The notes under the pieces were generated by a model. That model ran no database searches. It was not told the origin of the DNA and saw only the letters and a program-made list of their open reading frames with translations. A stretch of 64,000 nt of DNA from a virus (Duplodnaviria; Caudoviricetes), in the IMG/VR virus record IMGVR_UViG_3300025120_010521; one strand, written 5' to 3'. The position numbers and the translations under genes were made by a program. Below, one piece after another: positions 47,970-57,348 of the stretch. The first letter of the stretch is position 1, and every line of letters begins with the position of its first letter.

Positions 47970-48000
47970 CTCTTTACTTTCCTATACACTTATTTATACT

Positions 48001-48034
48001 AAAAAGAAGCCTATATAAACTCATACTATAGGTC
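48001..48034 (-). terminator. putative intrinsic terminator overlapping the helicase stop codon
   Basis: CCTATA...TATAGG stem followed by CTTCTTTTT. Confidence 0.5.
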
Positions 48035-49450
48035 GCTTTCGCTAGAATATTGATGTCGTTTTGATTTTAGTATACTACGTAGGTTTGCTACTTGTTCAAC
48101 CTTTTCAGCCACCTGTGCGCCTTGATTTTCAGGTTTTTTAGGTGTTATTGTGCTAGTTCTTTTCTTTATACTAGTTGCCATATTAGATGTAGTCATATTG
48201 TCATCTTCAGCTAGTTGTTCTTCTGTTAAGTCTGTAATTCTTAAGGTATCTATATTAAATGCCAAGTTAATTTTAGTTCCAACACCACCACTTGATCTTG
48301 TTTTCATAAGTTGGATCAGATATCTTCCACGTTCACGCATAGCTCTACTTGTTTGAATACCTATGACATTATCTGCTGTTTGTATTTTACTCAAACCACC
48401 TGCAATATGCGAATGATCAAACTCTGTTTCTTCAACACTAGCTCTGTTTAACTGAGATGCTGTGGCTAGTACAATCTGTTGTTCAACTGCTAAATTACGC
48501 AATTCTTCAGATACATATTTGTCTTTGATAAACAAATCACTTGGCGAAACTCTTTTTGATATTGGCATTAACAAGTCTAAATAGTCAACACAGATACAAT
48601 CTGGTTTAGTGCCTGTCTGCACTTCATATTCTTTTAAGTAACTACGTAAATCATTTACTGTTGCACCACTACTCATATACTTTAATTGAAACTTACCAGA
48701 CTTTTGACCTTGCATTCTAACCATCAAGTCAATGTCATCAATTTTTTTAAATATTTCATTTGTTGATACACCTGTTGACATACTGTCAACTCTCATAGAA
48801 CTTAATTCTTCACTTAATTCAAATGTAAAATAGATTACATTCATTCCAACGTTTGCCCAGTTCAATGCAACGTTTTGTAAAAATAAACTTTTACCTGCAC
48901 CAGACTGTCCTGCAAAAATATTTAATTCACCTTTGTTAAATCCACCATATAGTTTTTGATCCAATGCTGACCATCCTGTACTCACTGTTCCATTGTTATC
49001 TTTAAGTGCTAACAATCTTGCTTTAGGATCAATAAAATAATCTGTACCTAAATCTTTTGTAAGTCCAATTCTTACTGCGTGTTTAATTTTCTCTTCTACT
49101 TGGCCATAATCGCCTTTTTCTAATAAATCAGCTGACTCTATAATTGCAAGTTCTAATGCCTTGTGCCTACAAAATGTTTCAAATTCATCAAAGAACCAAT
49201 TTTTATGTCTTTCATCTATTTCAACTTTTTTAAGTTCTACTCCACAAGTTGCTTTTATCTGTTCTATAGTTGGCAGTGAATTATATTGTTCTGAATGCTC
49301 TTGCATAAACTTAACAGCACTAGCTAGTTTACGTGAAAAGTATTCTACCTTAACAATATTTTTTACTCTGACAAACAGTTCAGGATCTGTAACAGAAAAC
49401 TCTAAAAATAGTTTCTGTAGCTCTTCGTTATAATCTTTTAAATCATTCAT
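48026..49450 (-). CDS. replicative DNA helicase (DnaB/T4 gp41-like)
   Basis: AGQSGAGKS Walker A, FELSE, VDYLDLL, TASQLNR, QTADNVIG, MKTR. Confidence 0.92.
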   Translation of the reverse strand: MNDLKDYNEELQKLFLEFSVTDPELFVRVKNIVKVEYFSRKLASAVKFMQEHSEQYNSLPTIEQIKATCGVELKKVEIDERHKNWFFDEFETFCRHKALELAIIESADLLEKGDYGQVEEKIKHAVRIGLTKDLGTDYFIDPKARLLALKDNNGTVSTGWSALDQKLYGGFNKGELNIFAGQSGAGKSLFLQNVALNWANVGMNVIYFTFELSEELSSMRVDSMSTGVSTNEIFKKIDDIDLMVRMQGQKSGKFQLKYMSSGATVNDLRSYLKEYEVQTGTKPDCICVDYLDLLMPISKRVSPSDLFIKDKYVSEELRNLAVEQQIVLATASQLNRASVEETEFDHSHIAGGLSKIQTADNVIGIQTSRAMRERGRYLIQLMKTRSSGGVGTKINLAFNIDTLRITDLTEEQLAEDDNMTTSNMATSIKKRTSTITPKKPENQGAQVAEKVEQVANLRSILKSKRHQYSSESDL

Positions 49451-49468
49451 TATGTTTACTATACAATA

Positions 49469-50086
49469 TTAATTTTCATTTCGCAAGTGTTTCCAGCTGT
49501 AAGGAAACTCCTCATTACAGAATTCGTCAATTGAATCTGCTATTTCTCTTGTTTCTTTTTGAGTATCTTCAGCACATCTTAATTCACACACTCTGGCAAA
49601 TGCATATAATGTTCCACTCCAATACCACTCTGTCATCATATTCTGTGGCAATACCATTCTTGCTAATTCAGGGGCAATGCCTTTGGCCAGCATATCGTTG
49701 TAGGTTGTATTAGCATTTTTTATTGTATTAGCGATATTGTACTCAATTGTTTCACTGCTACTACCTTGTTTTTTATCTTCAGCTCGTAATCTCCAATTAG
49801 TAGGCATATAGTATTCTGGTTCATAATCAACATAACGTCTGCTGATTTCGTTCCAACTTAAACCCACTTGGTGTTTAACTAATTGCCTTGCAACAAAGAT
49901 TGGTGCTTTAATTCTAAACTGTACACTACAATGTGCAAACGGAGACCAATGATTGTGTTTTGCTAAAAATGATATTAACTTTTCATCTGATGCTTCAAAC
50001 ACTTCTTTGTTTTTTCCAAAGCTCACTCTTGCGGCATTTACTACAGTTAGGTCTGAACCCATTTTATCAATTAACGTAACTTCCAC
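49469..50086 (-). CDS. thyX: flavin-dependent thymidylate synthase
   Basis: VVNAARVSF, HWSPF, RQLVKH, NEISRRY, ARMVLP, LRC...TQKE. Confidence 0.95.
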   Translation of the reverse strand: MEVTLIDKMGSDLTVVNAARVSFGKNKEVFEASDEKLISFLAKHNHWSPFAHCSVQFRIKAPIFVARQLVKHQVGLSWNEISRRYVDYEPEYYMPTNWRLRAEDKKQGSSSETIEYNIANTIKNANTTYNDMLAKGIAPELARMVLPQNMMTEWYWSGTLYAFARVCELRCAEDTQKETREIADSIDEFCNEEFPYSWKHLRNEN

Positions 50087-50400
50087 TAATTTATACCTAA
50101 CACTTTTTGCAATTCGCCATCTTGATACATTTCTTTTATGATATCACAACCGCCAATAAATTCTCCATTAACATAAAGTTGTGGTATAGTTGGCCAATCA
50201 CTGAAAACTTTAATACCTTCTCTAAGATTTTGATCCGCTAATACATCTACACCTGCAAACTCAACTTTTAAACCTTTTAGTATATTTGCAACTGCCATAG
50301 AAAATCCACATTGCGGTGCATCTGGTGTGCCTTTCATAAACAAGCATATATTGTTTTTTTCAATATTGTTTTGTATAAAGTTTTTAGTTTCTTCATTCAT
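50086..50400 (-). CDS. grxD: monothiol glutaredoxin (Grx4 family)
   Basis: FMKGTPDAPQCGFS, WPTIPQLYVNGEFIGGCDI. Confidence 0.96.
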   Translation of the reverse strand: MNEETKNFIQNNIEKNNICLFMKGTPDAPQCGFSMAVANILKGLKVEFAGVDVLADQNLREGIKVFSDWPTIPQLYVNGEFIGGCDIIKEMYQDGELQKVLGIN

Positions 50401-50411
50401 ACTAGTACTCC

Positions 50412-51017
50412 TTAATAAGTTGAAACAATTTTATCTGCAATACCGTACTTAACTGCTTCTTTGGCACTTAACCAAACATCTTCAGCAGGTAATAGTATTT
50501 CTCTAATTTTCTTTTCGCTTAAACCAGTACACTTTTTATAATGATCTATCATCCTTGCTGTACTTAATTCAAACTCTTTTACTCTTGCAAATAGTTCGTG
50601 TTCTTTACCTACACTGCCCCAACTGTATTGATGTGATAGTATAGATGTGTTTGGTGTAATAACCCTACGACCTTTTGTACCACTCATAAATGTTAATAGT
50701 CCACATGATGCAATCATACCAAGTCCTACTGTTTTCACAGGAATTGCTGATCCTTTCATTGTGTCTATCAATGCAAATGCTGAATGTACTTGTCCACCCG
50801 GCGAATTAATTACCAATGTTAATTCTTTTGGTCTTGATGAATCTGGTAATAGATTTTTTTCTATTATTGCTTGTATAACTGGTTTAGTTGTATTGCTATC
50901 AAACCCATCACTAAAATACATAATACCAGCTTCCCACATTAACATTCCTGGTTGTAATGGTGGTTGTTTTGGATCTGGTCCTGATTTTTTCTTATTGTCT
51001 TTTTCTAAATTAGCCAT
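50412..51017 (-). CDS. second, divergent ClpP-family protease
   Basis: INSPGG, IASCG (Ser), SHQ (His), AEDVW (Asp), YGIADKI. Confidence 0.88.
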   Translation of the reverse strand: MANLEKDNKKKSGPDPKQPPLQPGMLMWEAGIMYFSDGFDSNTTKPVIQAIIEKNLLPDSSRPKELTLVINSPGGQVHSAFALIDTMKGSAIPVKTVGLGMIASCGLLTFMSGTKGRRVITPNTSILSHQYSWGSVGKEHELFARVKEFELSTARMIDHYKKCTGLSEKKIREILLPAEDVWLSAKEAVKYGIADKIVSTY

Positions 51018-51025
51018 TTTTTCTC

Positions 51026-52015
51026 CTACGCAATCTTTCTTAATACTTTTATTTTTGTTTTATTATTTACCCGACTGTCTATAATACTTTTTACTGTGAA
51101 CAACTGTCCATAGTGTTTTACAGCATCTGCACAGTCTTTAATATGCTCTTGCCATGGCGGAAAACTTACAGACCAGCCATTGTCAACTGCTTGATCAATC
51201 AACGTTGACCCTGCGGCATCTCTGTCTGGACATACAATAATTTCTCCATCAAATTCTTTTATTAAATCAATCTGCACTTGATTTAGTTTATTGTGTAGTA
51301 CTGCTAATCCATCAATACTTAATGCATCTAGTACACCTTCTACTACAATCAAATATTTTCTTTTCTTAGTTAACACATCCATATTATACATATAATTTGG
51401 TTGCGAGTTAGTAAAATACTTTGGTTTGTTTTTGTTATTATCAATTAATCTTGACGTATAGCCAACAGTACTACCATTATAGTAGAATGGTACAATAAAT
51501 CTTCTATTCAAATCTAAATATGTATCATTACACCAATAAAAATCACCAAAATGATCTAGCCCTCTATCAATAATATGTTTATACACCCATATTGCATCTT
51601 CTGATGGAGTATCTTGTTTTATTATTTCTATCAACGGCTTGGCACCTTTTGGCAATTGTATTTCTTTCCAACTAACTTTTGGTTTTGGTTTTTCTTCTTG
51701 TTGTGGATTATTTTCTTTTTCACGTATAGCTAAAAGTTGTAATCTTCGTACTTCGTTATCAGGAACTCCAATACCACGTAATAGTCCAACTAGTTTTTTA
51801 CCAAACGTTCTACCTGGTTTATAACTAGTACTAAATCCACAGTTAAAACAGTGATAAACCATTCCATCAACAAATCTAAATCCGCCTCTTGAACGTGTAT
51901 CTGGTCTTGTTTGACCGTTGGTTGTACACATTGGACAATTAATTGTTGTCCACCCAGAAGGAGTCTTTTTCCTTTTACCTGGCATATGAGTAATAATTGT
52001 GTTTTGTAGTTCCAT
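51026..52015 (-). CDS. DNA primase (T4 gp61-like)
   Basis: CPMC...HCFNC zinc finger; TOPRIM VEGVLDA and CPDRDAAG. Confidence 0.9.
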   Translation of the reverse strand: MELQNTIITHMPGKRKKTPSGWTTINCPMCTTNGQTRPDTRSRGGFRFVDGMVYHCFNCGFSTSYKPGRTFGKKLVGLLRGIGVPDNEVRRLQLLAIREKENNPQQEEKPKPKVSWKEIQLPKGAKPLIEIIKQDTPSEDAIWVYKHIIDRGLDHFGDFYWCNDTYLDLNRRFIVPFYYNGSTVGYTSRLIDNNKNKPKYFTNSQPNYMYNMDVLTKKRKYLIVVEGVLDALSIDGLAVLHNKLNQVQIDLIKEFDGEIIVCPDRDAAGSTLIDQAVDNGWSVSFPPWQEHIKDCADAVKHYGQLFTVKSIIDSRVNNKTKIKVLRKIA

Positions 52016-52051
52016 GTGTTATATATTATAACACTTTTGCCAAAAAGTCAA

Positions 52052-53203
52052 TTAAATCTTATAGGTATTATTCCCTACTTTAACTCCAGATAATCCATCT
52101 AATTGTTGTTTGAATCTATTTGGCTTTCCTTTAATTGCTTGTCCTATTTCTGTACAAACATCCGCTGGTGATATTCTATGTGTGCTTGCCATATCTAATA
52201 TGCTAAGAGTTCTATCATATATAGTTGTAATTAATTTAAAAGATTCTTGCTCATCTCTTGATTTTAAGATAACGCCTGCTGATCTAAATACTCCGCCGGC
52301 ATTTGCAATTGTATCTGGAACATATAATATTTTATGATCAAGTAATTGTTGTTTAGCATTTAACGGATCAACTACATCTAATTGATTATTAGCCGCACCG
52401 CAAATAATCTTGCAGTTCATATTAGAGATTCTTGATACTCTTATATCATTTCCCATTGCACAAGGAGAATATATGTCAACTTCTTTTTTATGTATTTCGT
52501 TGTGATCCACTACTTCAATTTTAAAAGGATATTTTTTTTGTAAATCATTAATGTATTGTATTTTATCATCATTTTTATCTGCAACAATTAAAGTGGCTCC
52601 ATCATCTAAAACATAATTTGCTAATTGATAACCTACTTTACCTATTCCTTTTATAGCAATTTTTAATCCATTTAAAGAATCTTTTTCTAATTTAAATTTT
52701 ACTCCTGCCTTCATTGCATTATAAACTCCAAATGCTGTACATGAGCTTCCAATATCTGGATCTGAATACGTTGTAGTAAAGTCTGTATATCTTCTTAAAT
52801 TTTGTAGCATGTCAAAGTTAAATCCAACATCAAGACCTCCATAATAATCACCATTGAGATAATTAATAAGTTCACCAAGGTAAGGATAAATTCTTTTTTC
52901 ATCTACACCAAACGCACCAATATCTTTATGATAAGATTGTTGTACTACAGTTTTTCCACCACTTAATTTAATACCTGATACCATACATTTTTCAGTCATT
53001 GCTTCTGAAAGTTTTTGTACATCTAAATATGGTCTTTGATTATCTTTATAATTAAAATATCGTATACCACCAAAGGCAGGACCATTTTCTAATGTATGAA
53101 TTGCAATATAGGCACTGAAGTTACTTTGTTCATGATATCCATGAACCACTCTCTCAAAACCATGTGTTTTGATTTCTTTGATATCCATTTGCTGGATTGG
53201 CAT
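52052..53203 (-). CDS. Glu/Leu/Phe/Val dehydrogenase (leucine dehydrogenase-like)
   Basis: GPAFGGIR, GGKTV, CTAFGV, GIGKVG Rossmann motif, PCAMG, GAANNQL, ANAGG. Confidence 0.9.
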   Translation of the reverse strand: MPIQQMDIKEIKTHGFERVVHGYHEQSNFSAYIAIHTLENGPAFGGIRYFNYKDNQRPYLDVQKLSEAMTEKCMVSGIKLSGGKTVVQQSYHKDIGAFGVDEKRIYPYLGELINYLNGDYYGGLDVGFNFDMLQNLRRYTDFTTTYSDPDIGSSCTAFGVYNAMKAGVKFKLEKDSLNGLKIAIKGIGKVGYQLANYVLDDGATLIVADKNDDKIQYINDLQKKYPFKIEVVDHNEIHKKEVDIYSPCAMGNDIRVSRISNMNCKIICGAANNQLDVVDPLNAKQQLLDHKILYVPDTIANAGGVFRSAGVILKSRDEQESFKLITTIYDRTLSILDMASTHRISPADVCTEIGQAIKGKPNRFKQQLDGLSGVKVGNNTYKI

Positions 53204-53204
53204 G

Positions 53205-54041
53205 TTAATTCCTAACTAAGACTTTTGTAATTTTTCCTACGTCAGCGACCGCTGTTGGCAAATAAATTACTCGTATCCATTTTGCCATACTTTTAAAATT
53301 ATATGATGCTAGTGTTGTTGAGTTAGTTAATGAAACATAATCATTTGATTGCCCGTCTAACTTTATATGGAACCATTCTGTGTGTGATGTAGTATTTGCT
53401 GTACTTTCCATAGAACCTTCAACAATAAAATCTCCATCAAATCCATTTGAATACAATGCTATTGTATGACTAGCTGATGTTAAGTTTCTTTCACTTGCTC
53501 CTGAAACTGCACTTGAATAATACCAAGTTTCTCCTGTTGCTGACTTTCCTATATTTTGTTTTGTCCAGTTTGGATTGGCAGAATCAAATTTAATTTCTTC
53601 TGTGTTTCTTGGATTTGAATTAATACCTTCAACTACTTCTAAAGTGCCGTTTACAGCTTCATTAAGGTCTGTATACACTGCTTGTTGCTCTGAACTAGTA
53701 TTTGTCGTATATAATGAATAGTTATAAAATGTACCTGCAACATTATCAATTGCCGACGCTGGTAAGTTTAGCTGTGCTAAACCTTTTGCCGCACCTGTTA
53801 CTGTTAATGGTCTCGAAAGTATTGATTCATTTGTGTTTACATCGATTACGTTAAATGTTACAGTTAAATTAGTTAAATCAACTGCTTTTCTATCATTGTC
53901 TTTTAACGCAAACTTCACAGTGTTATCAATACCTTGATACAATTTTATAGTTTTATCATACATTGTTGTACTACCTTGACTTGCACTCGTATTTACTATC
54001 ACTGTATGAGTATCGTCATATACATATACCGTTACTGTCAT
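53205..54041 (-). CDS. putative virion/baseplate-associated protein
   Basis: IKLYQGIDNTVKF Ig-like start; beta-rich composition. Confidence 0.55.
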   Translation of the reverse strand: MTVTVYVYDDTHTVIVNTSASQGSTTMYDKTIKLYQGIDNTVKFALKDNDRKAVDLTNLTVTFNVIDVNTNESILSRPLTVTGAAKGLAQLNLPASAIDNVAGTFYNYSLYTTNTSSEQQAVYTDLNEAVNGTLEVVEGINSNPRNTEEIKFDSANPNWTKQNIGKSATGETWYYSSAVSGASERNLTSASHTIALYSNGFDGDFIVEGSMESTANTTSHTEWFHIKLDGQSNDYVSLTNSTTLASYNFKSMAKWIRVIYLPTAVADVGKITKVLVRN

Positions 54042-54120
54042 ACTATGGTTTCCTTAAACTTACATATATTTATGTTGCTAAATAGAATTAGTGAGTATAT
54101 AATAAAGAAATATTTTGAGC

Positions 54121-54492
54121 ATGGATTATAACGAATTGTCAGATAAGTTTCCCTTTTTATCGTGTATAAAGCACGGTTTAAACGAATATGTTGGTATTAT
54201 ACAAAATCAAGACGATTTTGTAACTAGTATCTACATCTATGACGACATTCCTTCAGAACAACTTAAAGCAGATTTTTTAAGATTAGGTGATGTATGGTGG
54301 TGGGAATCAAACAGAGTAATTCCTATTAATATATTTTTAGCAGGTGAGTTTTCTTTATATCAAAATTGGCTTAAAACTTTTACTACTAAAGATATTAAAA
54401 TGATATTTGGTCCAACTACTAGCTTAAATAATATTGTAAGAAAAAGAATTAAAAGACGTCAAATACAATTAATCAAAAAAACTAACGGTTAA
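54121..54492 (+). CDS. conserved hypothetical phage protein
   Basis: FPFLSC...EYVGII...WWWESNR.IPINIFL; divergently transcribed single gene (track starts at TTG 54115). Confidence 0.75.
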   Translation: MDYNELSDKFPFLSCIKHGLNEYVGIIQNQDDFVTSIYIYDDIPSEQLKADFLRLGDVWWWESNRVIPINIFLAGEFSLYQNWLKTFTTKDIKMIFGPTTSLNNIVRKRIKRRQIQLIKKTNG

Positions 54493-55070
54493 ACAATAAG
54501 ATTAGATAGCAAATTTAATTGTACACAAATTGCCAATGCGTATCCAATTGCATGGCTTTTCTTAAAATAGTATGAATTATCTTTTGGTTTTTTCCAAACA
54601 TTTTCATTTATATCATCCCAGTTTTGTTTAAGTAAATGTCTTTTTGCTGGACGTATAATTGCTAGTACTGCCGCTAATTGCTCTACTGACTTTGGTTTTA
54701 ATGTACTAAGAATATCAAAATGATTATGTATATGAAATAGTTGTTCTACTATTTCTTTATGCTCTAATAAACTCCAGTCTGGTTCTTGATCTATTAGTTT
54801 TTGTAAATGATTCTCATCTTTTACTTTTTCATATACTCCTACATTTAATATATCTAATTTAAAATATCCTCTATCTTCAGCTTCTTTATAGTCAACGTTT
54901 GCTGTTTTAGTAAATGGATGTAATGGTATATCTGTAAAATAAACTCCAGTGTTATGTTTTTTAATTTCACCGTTGTTTATAATACTAGCAGGAATATGTT
55001 TCAGTTTTTCTAATAAAACATCTCTGTCTTTAACATCAATATCAATATCTGTTTTTACTATATTTGTCAT
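54489..55070 (-). CDS. miniature DNA polymerase III alpha (DnaE)-like protein
   Basis: DIDID, KHNTGVY, YFKLDILN, LAIIRPA, FKKSHAIGY. Confidence 0.7.
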   Translation of the reverse strand: MTNIVKTDIDIDVKDRDVLLEKLKHIPASIINNGEIKKHNTGVYFTDIPLHPFTKTANVDYKEAEDRGYFKLDILNVGVYEKVKDENHLQKLIDQEPDWSLLEHKEIVEQLFHIHNHFDILSTLKPKSVEQLAAVLAIIRPAKRHLLKQNWDDINENVWKKPKDNSYYFKKSHAIGYALAICVQLNLLSNLIV

Positions 55071-55528
55071 TCTTGATTATGTCTTGTATCTTTTTGTTGT
55101 TTAATATGTTCTATTTGTTTTTCAGTTAGTCCTGCATTTTCATATTCTTCTTCTTCTGTCATTGGAAAATTTAATGTCATTTGAGTATCATAACCTGTTA
55201 AAGATTCAAAGTCTGGTTCAAAAGTAGTTGTTCCATAATCACTTATAGATATGCCTCCGCCTGTATAACTAACGTCAAAAGTATAGTCATTGTCTTCTTC
55301 AAGACCAACACCATATGACGATCGCTGTAATTGTGATATCTTATTATTGACTTCATTCATACTTTTTTTCCAGTCGTCTAATTTTTTTCTTTGTCTTAAA
55401 ATTTCATCTTTGTGTATTAAATGTACTAAAGTTTTTAATTCTTCCCATTTTTCTTTTACACTTTCGTTATCAGTTTTGTTAGCAACTCTGGCTACAATCT
55501 CTGGAATCCCATCATTATATTTTGTCAT
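55067..55528 (-). CDS. hypothetical protein
   Basis: 153-aa ORF with acidic C-terminal half. Confidence 0.65.
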   Translation of the reverse strand: MTKYNDGIPEIVARVANKTDNESVKEKWEELKTLVHLIHKDEILRQRKKLDDWKKSMNEVNNKISQLQRSSYGVGLEEDNDYTFDVSYTGGGISISDYGTTTFEPDFESLTGYDTQMTLNFPMTEEEEYENAGLTEKQIEHIKQQKDTRHNQE

Positions 55529-56205
55529 TATAGACCTGCCTTTTCTAGCACCTGTTCAACAAATCGAACATCTGGTTGTGCCATTTGGAACTTGGCTGTC
55601 CAATAGTCAGGATCAATATAATCATGTATTAGTCCAACCTGTTCATTATTAAAACTCTCTAATAGCTTAACACCACTTTCACAATTATACAATACCCAAG
55701 GTGACAGTTTTCCAGATCTAATAAAATGTACTGCTCTATTTGGTGTTATACTTTCTAAACAATCATTAAAATTGCTACCATTATCAATACCCCAACGTTT
55801 CATTATAATGACTGCTCTTTCTACTGCCGTTTGAGCTGATTCATTTTTTAAATGTTCTTTAATATATTTTTCATACACAGAATCTAAATGCCACCTATCA
55901 ATCTTTATCATATTTTTCAACAAGTAATCAACATACTTGCTAGGATCATCCACATGTACATCATACAAGTATCTACCAAATTTTGTAAATGCTGTGTAAT
56001 ATTTGCTTTTTGCAAAGTCATCATATGATCTATCTTTTTGTGTTTGTGGCATTGTTGATTTATAAAAGTATTGATATGATCTAAATGCTAATTGTACAAA
56101 ACGTTCATCTTGTTGTTGATAACGTCTTTTTGGTTCGCACAGATGTACCGATAACGTTGTTTCTTTTGTAAATTTTTTTCCACAATACTTACACTCAAAC
56201 ATCAC
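55528..56205 (-). CDS. C2H/C zinc-finger hypothetical protein
   Basis: CKYCGKKF...HLCEPKRR; FIRSGKLSPW. Confidence 0.7.
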   Translation of the reverse strand: MMFECKYCGKKFTKETTLSVHLCEPKRRYQQQDERFVQLAFRSYQYFYKSTMPQTQKDRSYDDFAKSKYYTAFTKFGRYLYDVHVDDPSKYVDYLLKNMIKIDRWHLDSVYEKYIKEHLKNESAQTAVERAVIIMKRWGIDNGSNFNDCLESITPNRAVHFIRSGKLSPWVLYNCESGVKLLESFNNEQVGLIHDYIDPDYWTAKFQMAQPDVRFVEQVLEKAGL

Positions 56206-56684
56206 TTACCTATTTCTTTTATTTCTTTGTCAGTCCATCCTTGTTGACGTGCTAACTTTTTAAACCCATCAACATCATTAATTTGCTTTAATGCTTCTAC
56301 TTCATCGTTTTTAGCATGTGGAAAACACTCTGCTAATAACTTATCTATGCCAGTTTTTTTACCTTTACCTTTGGGTGCTTTTACCCATGGGTGAAACATT
56401 TTCTTTTTAATGCCTGCAAGTGATAGTAACTTCCAAAACATTTCTGAATCACCTTCATGTTTTTGTGTAGTACCAAAATGTTTGTTTGCAAATTCATTTA
56501 CAGAAAGTATGTAGTGTTCTTTAAATGCTTTTTGACCTTGAACATTACTTGTAAATCTCATTGCAGTATATGGCGAAAATGTTTTCTTTTCTTCGTCATC
56601 AAGTGTGTTATACCATTTTGAGTTTGCCATATCGATGTTGTATAACATTTGATTTAAATTTATTTTTTTAGTAGTTGTTGCCAC
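56202..56684 (-). CDS. putative clamp-loader small subunit (T4 gp62-like)
   Basis: FSPYTAMRF...VNEFANKHF...KH...WKLL; resemblance recalled from memory; replication-gene context. Confidence 0.45.
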   Translation of the reverse strand: MATTTKKINLNQMLYNIDMANSKWYNTLDDEEKKTFSPYTAMRFTSNVQGQKAFKEHYILSVNEFANKHFGTTQKHEGDSEMFWKLLSLAGIKKKMFHPWVKAPKGKGKKTGIDKLLAECFPHAKNDEVEALKQINDVDGFKKLARQQGWTDKEIKEIGK

Positions 56685-56851
56685 TATACCATTTCCTCTA
56701 TAATACCTAATATTTCAGCAAGTATGAACAGTACTCCTGCAAATAAAAAATTACCGTAGATTAAAAACCCTGCGGCTGTTATCCTTATTACACTCTTTAC
56801 TATGCTTACTATAAAATGACCCATACCTGGATCTACTTTTGCTATCTTCAT
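56684..56851 (-). CDS. 55-aa membrane protein (absent from ORF track)
   Basis: MKIAKVDPGMGHFIVSIVKSVIRITAAGFLIYGNFLFAGVLFILAEILGIIEEMV; exactly fills the gap and is coupled at both ends. Confidence 0.75.
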   Translation of the reverse strand: MKIAKVDPGMGHFIVSIVKSVIRITAAGFLIYGNFLFAGVLFILAEILGIIEEMV

Positions 56852-57348
56852 ATTAAATCTCCTACTTGTATTACATCAGGAATTTGATTAAGCTCTTTTG
56901 CAAAGTAAACACAATCTGGTTTGCTTCCTACGTTTAATGGAGCTGTTAATATATGTCCATTTTTAAGTTTAGGAAAAAACCATTTTACTTCCTGAAATAC
57001 ATTTACTATTTTAACTTCTTTAAAGTCATGTGTATACCCTGAAAATGGATTATATACATAAGCTTCAAATCCTCTATCATTTAGACTAGTTAATGGAACC
57101 ATTTCACATTGCCCCATTTCTTTTTCACCAATTAGTATACTCCAATCCATTGGCATTTCTAATGTTTGTCCTCCAATGTCAAGAATCACTGCTGGTGCAT
57201 TAAACGATTCTAAAAATATAAGTGGAATATAAAAATAATCTAATGATTTGGGATTAGTACAATCCAATACACAATATTGTAGATCATCTACTTCATTTGG
57301 TACTGCATTTAAATTATACGTATTATTATCGACTGTTAATATGTTCAT
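56848..57348 (-). CDS. conserved hypothetical protein
   Basis: MNILTVDN...FYIPLIFLESFNAPA...WFFPKLKNG. Confidence 0.75.
   Translation of the reverse strand: MNILTVDNNTYNLNAVPNEVDDLQYCVLDCTNPKSLDYFYIPLIFLESFNAPAVILDIGGQTLEMPMDWSILIGEKEMGQCEMVPLTSLNDRGFEAYVYNPFSGYTHDFKEVKIVNVFQEVKWFFPKLKNGHILTAPLNVGSKPDCVYFAKELNQIPDVIQVGDLI

Noticed and set aside
27911-48014. Identical 14-mer AAAAGAAGCCTATA at 27911 and 48002
   Set aside because: Both belong to terminator-like hairpins with T-rich tails; two copies in AT-rich DNA do not support a repeat family.
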